Origin: an uncultured Rhodospirillales bacterium
GTDB lineage: Bacteria > Pseudomonadota > Alphaproteobacteria > CAZPBH01
Length of the DNA stretch: 25,929 bases
Assembly: GCA_964584645.1 (NCBI GenBank)
Contig: CAZPBH010000001.1
Span: forward strand, 17,377 to 43,305
Reading direction: 5' to 3'
Position 1 is the stretch's first letter. Each line of letters starts with the position of its first letter. Under the pieces are notes generated by a model. The model made no database searches, was not told the origin of the DNA, and worked only from the letters and a program-made list of their open reading frames with translations. Below are positions 1 to 10,373 of the stretch, in pieces. The position numbers were made by a program, and so were the translations under genes.

Positions 1-655
1 CCGGCGTCGGGTTGATCTCGGCCACCTGCACGCCGGTCTCGACATGCACCCCGTGACGGCTGTGGGTATCGGCGAAGAATTGCGAGACCATTGGCGCCAC
101 CACCCGGGGAAGCAGCCGGTCCTGCGCCTCGATCACCGTGACCTTCAGGCCAAGCTTGACGAGGATCGCCGCCGTCTCCAGCCCGATGAAGCCACCCCCG
201 ATGATCACCGCGCGCCGCGCACCCGGCAGGCAGGCCCGGATCGCATCCACATCGGCCAGTGTGCGCAGATAGAACACGCGCTTGTGGTCCGCCCCGGGCA
301 CGGGGAGCTTGCGCACTCGGGTGCCGGTGGTCAGCGCCAGCTTGTCATAGGCGAGGTCCTGGCCGTCATCGAGGCGAAGGCGCTGACGGGCGCGGTCGAT
401 CTGCACCGCGCGGCGGCCGAAGATGGTCGTCACCCCGTTCCGGTCATAGAAGTCCATCGGCCGATAGAGCAGCCAGTCGGGCGCGAACTTGCCCGCCAGA
501 TATTGCTTGGACAAGGGCGGGCGCTGATAGGGTGCGACCGGCTCATCCCCCACAAGGGTGATCGGGCCCTGATGGCCTTCCAGCCGGGCCTGGTCGATGG
601 CCTGGGCCGCCGCCTGTCCGGCGCCGACGAGAACGAGATGATCGGTGCTGGCCAT
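1..655 (-). CDS. FAD-dependent NAD(P)H:ferredoxin reductase-type flavoprotein (putidaredoxin-reductase-like), 5' part; runs off the left edge
   Basis: Absent from the ORF track; translated by hand from the ATG at 655: MASTDHLVLVGAGQAAAQAIDQARLEGHQGPITLVGDEPVAPYQRPPLSKQYL...YDKLALTTG...VIIGGGFIGLETAA. It has an FAD-binding GAG motif, the PYxRPPLSK signature and an NAD-binding GGGFIGLE motif. It starts 5 nt after the stop of the Fe-S gene. Confidence 0.9.
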   Translation of the reverse strand, partial: MASTDHLVLVGAGQAAAQAIDQARLEGHQGPITLVGDEPVAPYQRPPLSKQYLAGKFAPDWLLYRPMDFYDRNGVTTIFGRRAVQIDRARQRLRLDDGQDLAYDKLALTTGTRVRKLPVPGADHKRVFYLRTLADVDAIRACLPGARRAVIIGGGFIGLETAAILVKLGLKVTVIEAQDRLLPRVVAPMVSQFFADTHSRHGVHVETGVQVAEINPTP

Positions 656-660
656 CGGCT

Positions 661-1266
661 TCAGGGCCTCGTGTAGATGATTTGCGGGTTGGCACCGGCG
701 GCTTCATGCAGATGCTGGGTGTCGCGCGCGGCGGCATAGCGGCTGACATCGCTGTCGGGGTCGTTCAGATCGCCGAAATGGAGCGCCCGGGTCGGGCACA
801 CCGACACACAGACCGGGTCGAGGCTGTCGACGAGGCGATGCTCGCAGGCCGAGCACTTGTCGGCCGTGCCGATCTGCGGATCAAAGGAAAGCGCGTCATA
901 GGGGCATTCCTCGCCGCAACGCTGGCAGCCGATGCACTTGTCCTTGTCGAGCAGGACGAGCCCGTCGCCTTCATCGCGGAACAGGGCGCGGGTGGGGCAG
1001 GCCTGCACGCAGGGGGCGTCGGTGCAGTGATGGCACATCGTCGGCAGCCAGAACATGTCGAGATCGGGATAGACCCCGGTCGGCCGTTCGATGTCGGGAT
1101 TCTCCTGGCTGTCGAGCACCTGGAGCCGGAATTGTCCCTCCGGGGTGTCATGCTCCATCTTGCAGCCGACGATGCAGGTGTCACAGCCTATGCAGCGCAG
1201 CAGGTCGATGACGAAACCGAGCTTCTTCGGGCGGGTCTCTTCCGGCGTTACGGGGGCGAGGCTCAT
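661..1266 (-). CDS. 4Fe-4S dicluster electron-transfer subunit (DmsB/NrfC-like beta subunit)
   Basis: Four Cys groups: CIGCDTCIVGC, CHHCTDAPCVQACP, CIGCQRCGEECP and CSAC...CVSVCP. The start overlaps the molybdoenzyme stop by 4 nt. Confidence 0.93.
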   Translation of the reverse strand: MSLAPVTPEETRPKKLGFVIDLLRCIGCDTCIVGCKMEHDTPEGQFRLQVLDSQENPDIERPTGVYPDLDMFWLPTMCHHCTDAPCVQACPTRALFRDEGDGLVLLDKDKCIGCQRCGEECPYDALSFDPQIGTADKCSACEHRLVDSLDPVCVSVCPTRALHFGDLNDPDSDVSRYAAARDTQHLHEAAGANPQIIYTRP

Positions 1267-3602
1267 GCCGCGTCCTCCTGTTCGTTTTCTTTCATGACTT
1301 CGACCGCGACATCCCAGACGGGGTAATTCGTCTCGATCGTGCGCTCCTGGACCTCGTTGCGGACGATGTGCCCGAGATCGGCGAAATGACCGCCCTTGAA
1401 ATGGGCGCGCCAGAAGCCCTGCGGCACCGTGACCATGCCGGCCTTGATGCCCTCGTTGATCGAGCAGCGCAGGCGCATCCGCCCCCTGTCATTGAAGACG
1501 GAGACCAGATCGCCCTCGTTTAGCCCGCGATCCCGGGCATCGGCCGGGCTGATCTCCAGCATCGGGTCGGGCAACTGCTCACGCACCCAGGGCAGCATGG
1601 TGTGCTGGGAATGGGTGGAGTGTACGTGCTTGGGGCTGATCAGCATCAGCGGATAGCGCTTGCCATGGGCCGTGCGCGGGCTTTCCAGCGGTTCCTTGAA
1701 GGTCAGCACGGCCTCGTCCTGATCGCGGAACTGCTCGGTATAGAGCTCGATCCGGCCCGAAGGTGTCGGGAACTTCCTGTCGGCAAAGGGCACATGCGGA
1801 CGCGGGATCTCGACCCTGGCCGCCCCTTCGCGCTTCAGCTCGTCCCAGTCGACGGCGCGCACGGCTGGATCGTCGTGATGCTCAAGGACGAACTTGCAGA
1901 CCTCTTCATTCGTCATCGACCAATGGGCGCCCTCGCCCATCCGTTCGGCGACCCCGGCGAAGATCTCGTAATCGTTCCTGCTTTCGCCCACCGGCGGGAT
2001 CGCGCGCTGGCGCAGCTGCAGCCACCAGTTCTCGCCCCCGGCCACGAGGTCCATCTCCTCCTCGTAATAGGAGACACAGGGCAGCACGATATCGGCGAAA
2101 CGCGCGGCATCGGTCATCAGCTGCTCGGTGACCACGAACAGGTCGAGCTGCGGCAGCGCCTCCTTCGTGAAGCGCTCGAAATTCGGGCTTTGGGTGCCGA
2201 ACCCGTAGGCCGAGAGCCAGAGCGCCTTGACCGGATAGGGCTTCTGGCTGCTGATGATGTCCAGCATATGCACACCCGGCAGCACCGAGCCGGTCTTGCC
2301 GCCGGGCTCCGTCCAGATCTTCGGTGGGTTGAAGGTGACGCGCATATGCGCGCCGTCCAGCAGATTGACCCCGGCATAGGGCTTGCCGATCGCCCCCACC
2401 ATCGCGCCCAGCGTCACATAGGAACGGTGAACGAGCTGACCGGCATGGTAGCGCTGCGGTCCGGCCCCGGCCCACAGCCAGGGTGTCCTGGCATTCGCAT
2501 AATCACGGGCGACCCGGCGGATCTGCTCCTCGGGCACCTCACAGATCGCGGCGGCCTCGGCCGGGCGGTAGGCCGCCCAGTGCTCGACCATGACCTCGAA
2601 GGCCGTAGGCGCCTGAAAGGACCGGCCATCGGCAAGCGCGACGGCATGACGACCACGCAGGCCCGGCGCCTCGGCAGCATCGGAGGGGCGCAGGCCGTCT
2701 TCCGCCACGACCCAGCGCTGATCGGTCTCATCGCCGGTGATCTGACCCCAGCGGAGCAGGGTGCCGGTTTCGGGATCGACCAGAAAGGGGGCGTTGGTAT
2801 GGGCGCGGACATAGCCCTCGTCCATCAGCCCTTCCTCGATGATCGTGTTGATCATGCCCAGCACCAGCGCGGCATCGGTGCCCGGGCGCGGGCTGACCCA
2901 TTCATGCGCCTTGGCTGCGGTGCGGGAAAAGCGCGGATCGACGACCGTCAGCCTTGCGCCCTTCTCCATCGCATCGAACAGGAAGCGCATCTCCGAATGG
3001 TCGGTGTCGGCCGGGTTGCGTCCGAAGATGAGGACGTAATCGGCATGGTGCAGATCGGCCAGATCGTTGCAGACGCTGGGCACGCCCAGCAGCGGCAGAT
3101 AGCCCATCATGCAGTTGAGATCGCCCATCATCCCGCCATGGGTCAGCACCGTGCCGCCGAGATTGTTGGCGATGCGTTCTGGCGTCGTGGTGGCCTTGAA
3201 ACCGTAATTGCCGCTCATGGTCATCCAGGCATTCGAGGCCGGACCGTAGCGGTCGATATTCGCCTGCAGCTTGCCGGCAATCGTGGCAAAGGCCTCGTCC
3301 CAGCTGATCACCTCCCATTCACCGGAACCGCGCTCGCCCCTGCGTTTCAGGGGATGGGTCAGCCGGTCGGGATGGTTGACCCGCTGCATCGCCATGGCGA
3401 TGCCCTTGATGCAGATCCGCTCGAAGCCGGGCTCTGGAAAGGCGGCCGGCTCGATCTTCAGGATGCGATCATCCTTCACAAAGGTATTGATGCCGCATGT
3501 GCCGCTGCAATTGGGGGAGCATACGGTACGGACGATACGATCCGGGACGATCTCGCCAGCAACCTTGGGGGTTTCCGTGGAATGCTCTATGCGACCGCTC
3601 AT
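1263..3602 (-). CDS. Molybdopterin oxidoreductase catalytic subunit, DMSO reductase superfamily, no Tat signal, substrate unknown
   Basis: N-terminal CSPNCSGTC...C Fe-S motif; RLTHPLKRRGERGSGEWEVISWDEA; VVDPRFSRTAAKA..W...RPGTD; ADIVLP; C-terminal molybdopterin-dinucleotide domain (HSTHSQH...ISPADARDRGLNEGD). Confidence 0.93.
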   Translation of the reverse strand: MSGRIEHSTETPKVAGEIVPDRIVRTVCSPNCSGTCGINTFVKDDRILKIEPAAFPEPGFERICIKGIAMAMQRVNHPDRLTHPLKRRGERGSGEWEVISWDEAFATIAGKLQANIDRYGPASNAWMTMSGNYGFKATTTPERIANNLGGTVLTHGGMMGDLNCMMGYLPLLGVPSVCNDLADLHHADYVLIFGRNPADTDHSEMRFLFDAMEKGARLTVVDPRFSRTAAKAHEWVSPRPGTDAALVLGMINTIIEEGLMDEGYVRAHTNAPFLVDPETGTLLRWGQITGDETDQRWVVAEDGLRPSDAAEAPGLRGRHAVALADGRSFQAPTAFEVMVEHWAAYRPAEAAAICEVPEEQIRRVARDYANARTPWLWAGAGPQRYHAGQLVHRSYVTLGAMVGAIGKPYAGVNLLDGAHMRVTFNPPKIWTEPGGKTGSVLPGVHMLDIISSQKPYPVKALWLSAYGFGTQSPNFERFTKEALPQLDLFVVTEQLMTDAARFADIVLPCVSYYEEEMDLVAGGENWWLQLRQRAIPPVGESRNDYEIFAGVAERMGEGAHWSMTNEEVCKFVLEHHDDPAVRAVDWDELKREGAARVEIPRPHVPFADRKFPTPSGRIELYTEQFRDQDEAVLTFKEPLESPRTAHGKRYPLMLISPKHVHSTHSQHTMLPWVREQLPDPMLEISPADARDRGLNEGDLVSVFNDRGRMRLRCSINEGIKAGMVTVPQGFWRAHFKGGHFADLGHIVRNEVQERTIETNYPVWDVAVEVMKENEQEDAA

Positions 3603-3685
3603 GCCTCACCAACCCCGTTCAATGCTTTCATCTTCAACCTAACCATCTACCCTACCCCCATGAGGTTCTTTCGATCAACGCCCCC

Positions 3686-4246
3686 ATGACGCAACGAAAC
3701 GAAAAGCCGCACCCCATCTGTGGCATGATTCTTGCGGGCGGACGCGCACGTCGCATGGGACGCCCCAAGGCAGGTCTCGTCGTGGGAGGACGGCGGTTGA
3801 TCGACCACGCGATCGCCTTGCTGGAAGCCTGTGGCGCCGCCGACATCCTGATCCTCGGCGAGGTCGAGGGCATGGCGAGCCTGCCGGATCCGACACCCTT
3901 TCCGGGCCCCGCGGCGGCGATCCTTGCCGCCCTTCGATCCCGACCGGGGCCATTTTCATGGCTGGTCGTGCCGGTCGACATGCCGGGGCTGGAGCCCGCG
4001 GATGTGCACCCGCTTCTGGCACGCGGCACCACCTCCCATTACGAGCGCGCCGGCTTTCCCCTGGTCATTCATCCGACGAGCCTCGAAGCCCTGCCCGATG
4101 ATCCGATGAAGGACGCCTCGATGCGCGAGCTTCGCGAGCGGCTTGGCTCTCGCCCGCTTGCGATCCCGGAGGCACGGCAACCATGGTTCAGGGATTGCGA
4201 TACGCCCGAGGACCTGAAGGCCCTCGAGCATCTGTTGGCGTCCTGA
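3686..4246 (+). CDS. mobA: Molybdenum cofactor guanylyltransferase (MobA-like NTP transferase)
   Basis: ILAGGRARRMGRPK nucleotide-binding loop, VVPVDMP and C-terminal DCDTPEDL. Divergent from the molybdoenzyme gene. Start placed at ATG 3686 because the longer track ORF overlaps the molybdoenzyme gene. Confidence 0.8.
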   Translation: MTQRNEKPHPICGMILAGGRARRMGRPKAGLVVGGRRLIDHAIALLEACGAADILILGEVEGMASLPDPTPFPGPAAAILAALRSRPGPFSWLVVPVDMPGLEPADVHPLLARGTTSHYERAGFPLVIHPTSLEALPDDPMKDASMRELRERLGSRPLAIPEARQPWFRDCDTPEDLKALEHLLAS

Positions 4247-4251
4247 TCGCG

Positions 4252-4995
4252 TCAGGCCGTGGCAGGGGCCGCAGCCGGCGCCTTGGGTTCGGGCCTGGTG
4301 CGCTTCCACACCGCCCAGGCAATGCCGATGGTCGAGATCGCCAGCAAATAGCCGCCCGCAAGCTCAACGGCATAGTGCACGATGCCCAGCGTCAGGCAGA
4401 AGGCGTGCAGCACATAGGGCACGGCCGTCCAGGTCGGCAGCTGCGGCGCCCGCAGCAGCATGAACGAATGCACGATCCCGCCGATGAAAAGCGCAAAGCC
4501 GGAGATCGGCAGAAGAATGCCGCCCAGCGGACCGGTGACGATGGTGTTGGCCAGCCCGACCATGTGCACCTGCGCCTGTGCCGCGATCTCCGCCGCGGCG
4601 GGGCCGGCACTTTCGGCCAGAGCACCATAATCGAGATAGAGACGGGCCAGCATCGGCTCGGTGTAGGCAAGAACACCGGTATGGGTCAGGAACAGGGCAT
4701 TGCCGGCGATTGACAGCATCGATCCCCAGAAGGCGAGCCCCTCATAGCGCGTGCCGCGCATGAACGCCCACAGGGCGATCCAGGCAAAGATCTGGATGAC
4801 GAGATTGGGCAGCAGCAGCACCCAGGCGAGCTCGTGCACGGCGGTGGAGTTGACCATTGCCCATGTGTCGAACAGGGCGGGGTCATTCGCCACCACGACA
4901 GGCCCACGCATATGCAGACCGATAATCGACAGCGGACCGCCGAGGACGAACAGGATCATGCCGACGCGAATGCGCCAGGCGTCTTTCGGGGACAT
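4252..4995 (-). CDS. Hypothetical polytopic membrane protein (about 6-7 hydrophobic helices)
   Basis: 247-aa ORF with several long hydrophobic segments and a purine-rich RBS (GAGAAGGG) upstream; same strand as and downstream of the TonB-dependent receptor. Confidence 0.75.
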   Translation of the reverse strand: MSPKDAWRIRVGMILFVLGGPLSIIGLHMRGPVVVANDPALFDTWAMVNSTAVHELAWVLLLPNLVIQIFAWIALWAFMRGTRYEGLAFWGSMLSIAGNALFLTHTGVLAYTEPMLARLYLDYGALAESAGPAAAEIAAQAQVHMVGLANTIVTGPLGGILLPISGFALFIGGIVHSFMLLRAPQLPTWTAVPYVLHAFCLTLGIVHYAVELAGGYLLAISTIGIAWAVWKRTRPEPKAPAAAPATA

Positions 4996-5033
4996 GGCTT
5001 TTCCCTTCTCTTCAATGGTTCGATGAAAACGAA

Positions 5034-5065
5034 ACGCCGGCCGAGCAAACCAGCTCGGCCGGCGT
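5034..5065 (-). terminator. Intrinsic terminator-like hairpin after the TonB-dependent receptor
   Basis: Perfect 13-bp inverted repeat ACGCCGGCCGAGC-N6-GCTCGGCCGGCGT, followed on the minus strand by TTCGTTTT, about 55 nt after the receptor stop. Confidence 0.7.
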
Positions 5066-5118
5066 CATCATGTTCAGGTGCCGCGCCCTTGCGGCAGGAA
5101 TGCAGGGTGAGCCGAGGC

Positions 5119-7482
<2,364 letters not shown>

Positions 7483-7648
7483 CAATGGGCCTCCCTGGGG
7501 CGCTTTCGTTGGAGTGCTTGGCTCAGCGGACATAAAAAAACGCCATGGGTTCGCGTCAGCGCGTGTGCACCGAACGTCCATGGCGTCTTTGCCCTTTGAT
7601 CAGCGCCGAGACCCTTGCCCACGGACTCCGCTGCTGTCAATGAAATGT

Positions 7649-7660
7649 TTTAAGCTTAAA
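7649..7660. promoter_or_regulatory. Perfect 12-bp palindrome TTTAAGCTTAAA upstream of the receptor; candidate operator
   Basis: AT-rich patch in a GC-rich window. It lies 8 nt upstream of a minus-strand TTGACA (7635-7640). Confidence 0.4.
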
Positions 7661-7703
7661 GAAAATCGCGGCCGGTGTTGCCCGGCCGCATCACATGCGC
7701 TGA

Positions 7704-8645
7704 TCAGATCTTCTTCACTTCCAGCTTGGAAGCAAAGAGACCCGGGGTGACGACCTTTTCCAGCGTCGCGACGAATTCGGGCGTCCACTGGTCCTTGTAG
7801 TCACGCACATAGTCGCGGAAGGTGCGCGGCGGCTTGCCCAGCAATTCGGGCAGGATATCGGTCAGGGGCTCGTTCTTGCCGAAGCGGGTGAGCGTGTAGA
7901 CCACCGACATGAAGAACAGCACGTCACCCGGCACGCCGCGGCGGATGTAGCGATAAAGGAAGCGCGGCAGCGAAGGGTTCACATAGCGAATATCGCGGCC
8001 GAGTTCCTCGGAGAAGATCTGCGCCACTTCCCACATGTCCAGACGCTCCGGTCCGGAGACGACATAGGTCTTCTTGTAGTGCGGCTCGGGCTTGCGGATG
8101 ATGTTCATGATCGCATCCGACAAATCGCGCGAATCAAGGAAAGATGTCTTGCCCTTGCCGGTCGGCACAAAGACCTCGCCCTTCAGCGCGATGTCGATGA
8201 TGTGCGAGCTGATGGCCCGGGTGAAGTTCTGCGCGAAATAGCTGGCTTCGAGGATCGTGTAGTTCACGCCCGAATCGCGGATCGCCTTTTCCACCCAGTA
8301 ATGCGGCACGAACTTCAGCTTGTCGGCACCCGGCACCGAAACATAGATGATGTGCTCGACCCCTGCATCGCGCGCGGCTTCCACAAACGGCGCCATGCGT
8401 TCCTTGGCCGTGACCGGATGCGGCAGCGGGAACAGCAGGAAGAGCGTCTTGCAGCCATCGAGCGTCGGCCCCCAGGTCTCACGCTTTCCGAAATCGAACC
8501 TGACAGTCGGCACATGGGCGCCGTACTGATCCTGGATCTTCTGCGGATTGCGAGCCGCGATCTTGTAGGGAATATCGCTCTGGGCGGCGAGAGCCGTGGT
8601 CAGCTCCGAGCTGACATTGCCACTGGGACCGGTCACCACGAACAT
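7704..8645 (-). CDS. NmrA-like NAD(P)H-binding oxidoreductase (atypical SDR)
   Basis: N-terminal VVTGPSGNVS Rossmann motif; AARDAGVEHIIYVS; H..VEKAIRDSGVNYTIL; SFLDSRD; C-terminal LLGKPPRTFRDYV. Confidence 0.88.
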   Translation of the reverse strand: MFVVTGPSGNVSSELTTALAAQSDIPYKIAARNPQKIQDQYGAHVPTVRFDFGKRETWGPTLDGCKTLFLLFPLPHPVTAKERMAPFVEAARDAGVEHIIYVSVPGADKLKFVPHYWVEKAIRDSGVNYTILEASYFAQNFTRAISSHIIDIALKGEVFVPTGKGKTSFLDSRDLSDAIMNIIRKPEPHYKKTYVVSGPERLDMWEVAQIFSEELGRDIRYVNPSLPRFLYRYIRRGVPGDVLFFMSVVYTLTRFGKNEPLTDILPELLGKPPRTFRDYVRDYKDQWTPEFVATLEKVVTPGLFASKLEVKKI

Positions 8646-8746
8646 GGGCTTTTCTCCTCAATAATGATGCGAAGGGATATGCCATGGCGTCCTTGCCCGG
8701 GCACGCATGCCGCCATGGCCGGTTTCCCGGCAGGACGACAGACAAC

Positions 8747-8787
8747 AAAAAAAGGGCCTTCCCCGCGCCGCTGCGCGAAAAAGGCCC
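8747..8787 (-). terminator. Strong intrinsic terminator on the minus strand with no annotated gene upstream
   Basis: Minus-strand RNA GGGCCUUUUUCGCGC-AGCG-GCGCGGGGAAGGCCC followed by U7. The 15-bp stem closes fully only on this strand, through three G.U pairs. Confidence 0.7.
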
Positions 8788-8967
8788 CGTTGCCATGAGC
8801 GTGCTTGTAGGCGGCTGGCCGGCCCGATGTCAAGCTCGCCGACGCATGCCCTGCGGTTATCACCACGGTGCGGGGTTCTTCTGGAAACCCTGCGGTGGCA
8901 TGCCACATCGCGCCTTCATGAGCGCTTGCAGCTCGCTGATGGAACACAAGAGGGAAAGAAGGCGCGC

Positions 8968-9834
8968 ATGAGCAGGATTGGCATCATCGGCGGGACGGGT
9001 CAGGTGGGCGGGCTGACCGCCGCGCAGCTGGCCGGCGCGAGGGCGGACATCACCGTCATCGCCCGGCGCGCGCCGGAGTACCTCCCGGAAGGTGCGGTCT
9101 ACCGCCCTGGCGACCTCGAACAGCCCTCCAGCCTGCGCGAAGCACTTGCGGGCATCGACAACGTCTTTCTGATCACGCCCGTGGTCGAGCATGAGACGCG
9201 CCTTGGCGTTGATGCCCTCGGGGTGATGGCGGAACTCGGCGTGGACAAGGTCGTCTACATGGCCATCGCCCATCTCGAGGCGATGCAGGAGATCCCGCAT
9301 TTCGCCAACAAGATCCCGATCGTGGCCCGGCTGCGCGAGGGGCCTTTCCGCCATGTCGTGCTGGCGCCCAACTTCTTCATGCAGAACGATTTCATGGGCG
9401 TGCAGGGCATTCTTCAGGCAGGCGTCTATCCGCTGCCGGTGGGCGAGAAGGGGCTCAACTCCATCGATGTCCGCGATATCGCCGATGCCGCCGTGATCGC
9501 CCTGACGGGTGATAGGCTGGATGGTCAGGAAGTCCCGTTATGTGGCCCCGACCTGCTGACCGGACCCACAATGGCGGCCACATGGGCTGGCGTGCTCGGC
9601 CGGCCCGTAGCCTATGCGGGCGATGATCTGGAGGCCTTCACGGGGCTTGTGGCGCAGGGCTTTCCGGATGCGGGCGAATGGCTGATCCATGATTTGAGGA
9701 CGATGATGGATGTCAACCAGCGGATCGGCTGTATCGCGACCGAGGCCGAACACCGGGCCTGCGCGGCCGCGCTGGGGCGTCCGCCCCGCCGCTATGCCGA
9801 CTTCGTGCGTGAGGCCGCCGCCAGCTTCCGATAA
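8968..9834 (+). CDS. NmrA-like NAD(P)H-binding oxidoreductase
   Basis: MSRIGIIGGTGQVGG; ALAGIDNVFLIT; PHFANK; LAPNFFMQN; SIDVRDIADAA; LGRPPRRYADF. Start set at ATG 8968 after a purine-rich RBS. Confidence 0.88.
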   Translation: MSRIGIIGGTGQVGGLTAAQLAGARADITVIARRAPEYLPEGAVYRPGDLEQPSSLREALAGIDNVFLITPVVEHETRLGVDALGVMAELGVDKVVYMAIAHLEAMQEIPHFANKIPIVARLREGPFRHVVLAPNFFMQNDFMGVQGILQAGVYPLPVGEKGLNSIDVRDIADAAVIALTGDRLDGQEVPLCGPDLLTGPTMAATWAGVLGRPVAYAGDDLEAFTGLVAQGFPDAGEWLIHDLRTMMDVNQRIGCIATEAEHRACAAALGRPPRRYADFVREAAASFR

Positions 9835-9947
9835 CCGGTCGTTATCGCCCTTGTCCGGCAAGGGGGCTCGCCATCTGCCCCCCTGAGACCCCACATCGCG
9901 CAGACACGCCAAGCCAGCCTCAACCCAGCCAGCCGAGGAGCATCTCC

Positions 9948-10373
9948 ATGAAGGCCATGTACACCGCCGAAGCGACCGCCCAGGCCGGCCGCCAGGGCCA
10001 TGTCCAGAGCGACGACAATTTCCTGAACCTCGACCTCGCCATGCCGAAGGCGATGGGCGGCACCGGGCAGGGCACCAACCCCGAGCAGCTCTTTGCCGGC
10101 GGCTATGCGGCGTGCTTCCATTCGGCGCTGCTGTTCATCGCCCAGCAGGGCAAGGTGAATGCCGAAGGGAGCACCGTGACGGCCAGGGTCGCGATCGGGC
10201 AGGACGAAGGCACGCCCGGCTTCAAGCTGGGTGTGGAGCTGATGATTGATCTGCCGAACCTGGCCGAGGATGAGGCCCGCAGCCTCGTCGATCAGGCCCA
10301 TGGGATGTGCCCCTATTCCAATGCCATCCGCGGCAATGTGGATGTCGAGCTGGTGGTGAAGCCCGGCCAATGA
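9948..10373 (+). CDS. ohr: Organic hydroperoxide resistance protein (Ohr/OsmC family)
   Basis: GTNPEQLFAGGYAACFHSAL and AHGMCPYSNAIRGN, with both catalytic Cys; GAGGAG RBS. Confidence 0.95.
   Translation: MKAMYTAEATAQAGRQGHVQSDDNFLNLDLAMPKAMGGTGQGTNPEQLFAGGYAACFHSALLFIAQQGKVNAEGSTVTARVAIGQDEGTPGFKLGVELMIDLPNLAEDEARSLVDQAHGMCPYSNAIRGNVDVELVVKPGQ

Noticed and set aside
44-676. 210-aa plus-strand ORF
   Set aside because: Shadow of the real minus-strand reductase, which the track missed because it lacks a stop in the window.
1263-3602. Naming the molybdoenzyme dmsA, narG or fdh
   Set aside because: No Tat leader or anchor in the window, too short for NarG, and the motif combination does not match a specific characterised enzyme.
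1602-3689. 695-aa plus-strand ORF
   Set aside because: Antisense shadow of the molybdoenzyme gene.
8633-8971. Short ORFs in the NmrA intergenic region (8633-8947, 8658-8906, 8684-8971)
   Set aside because: Mutually overlapping, no recognisable motifs, and the minus-strand ones run through a terminator.
9861-9884. Hairpin AGGGGGC-N9-GCCCCCT upstream of ohr, and a similar hairpin at 25596-25616
   Set aside because: Short GC stems without a convincing U-tract; not distinguishable from chance.
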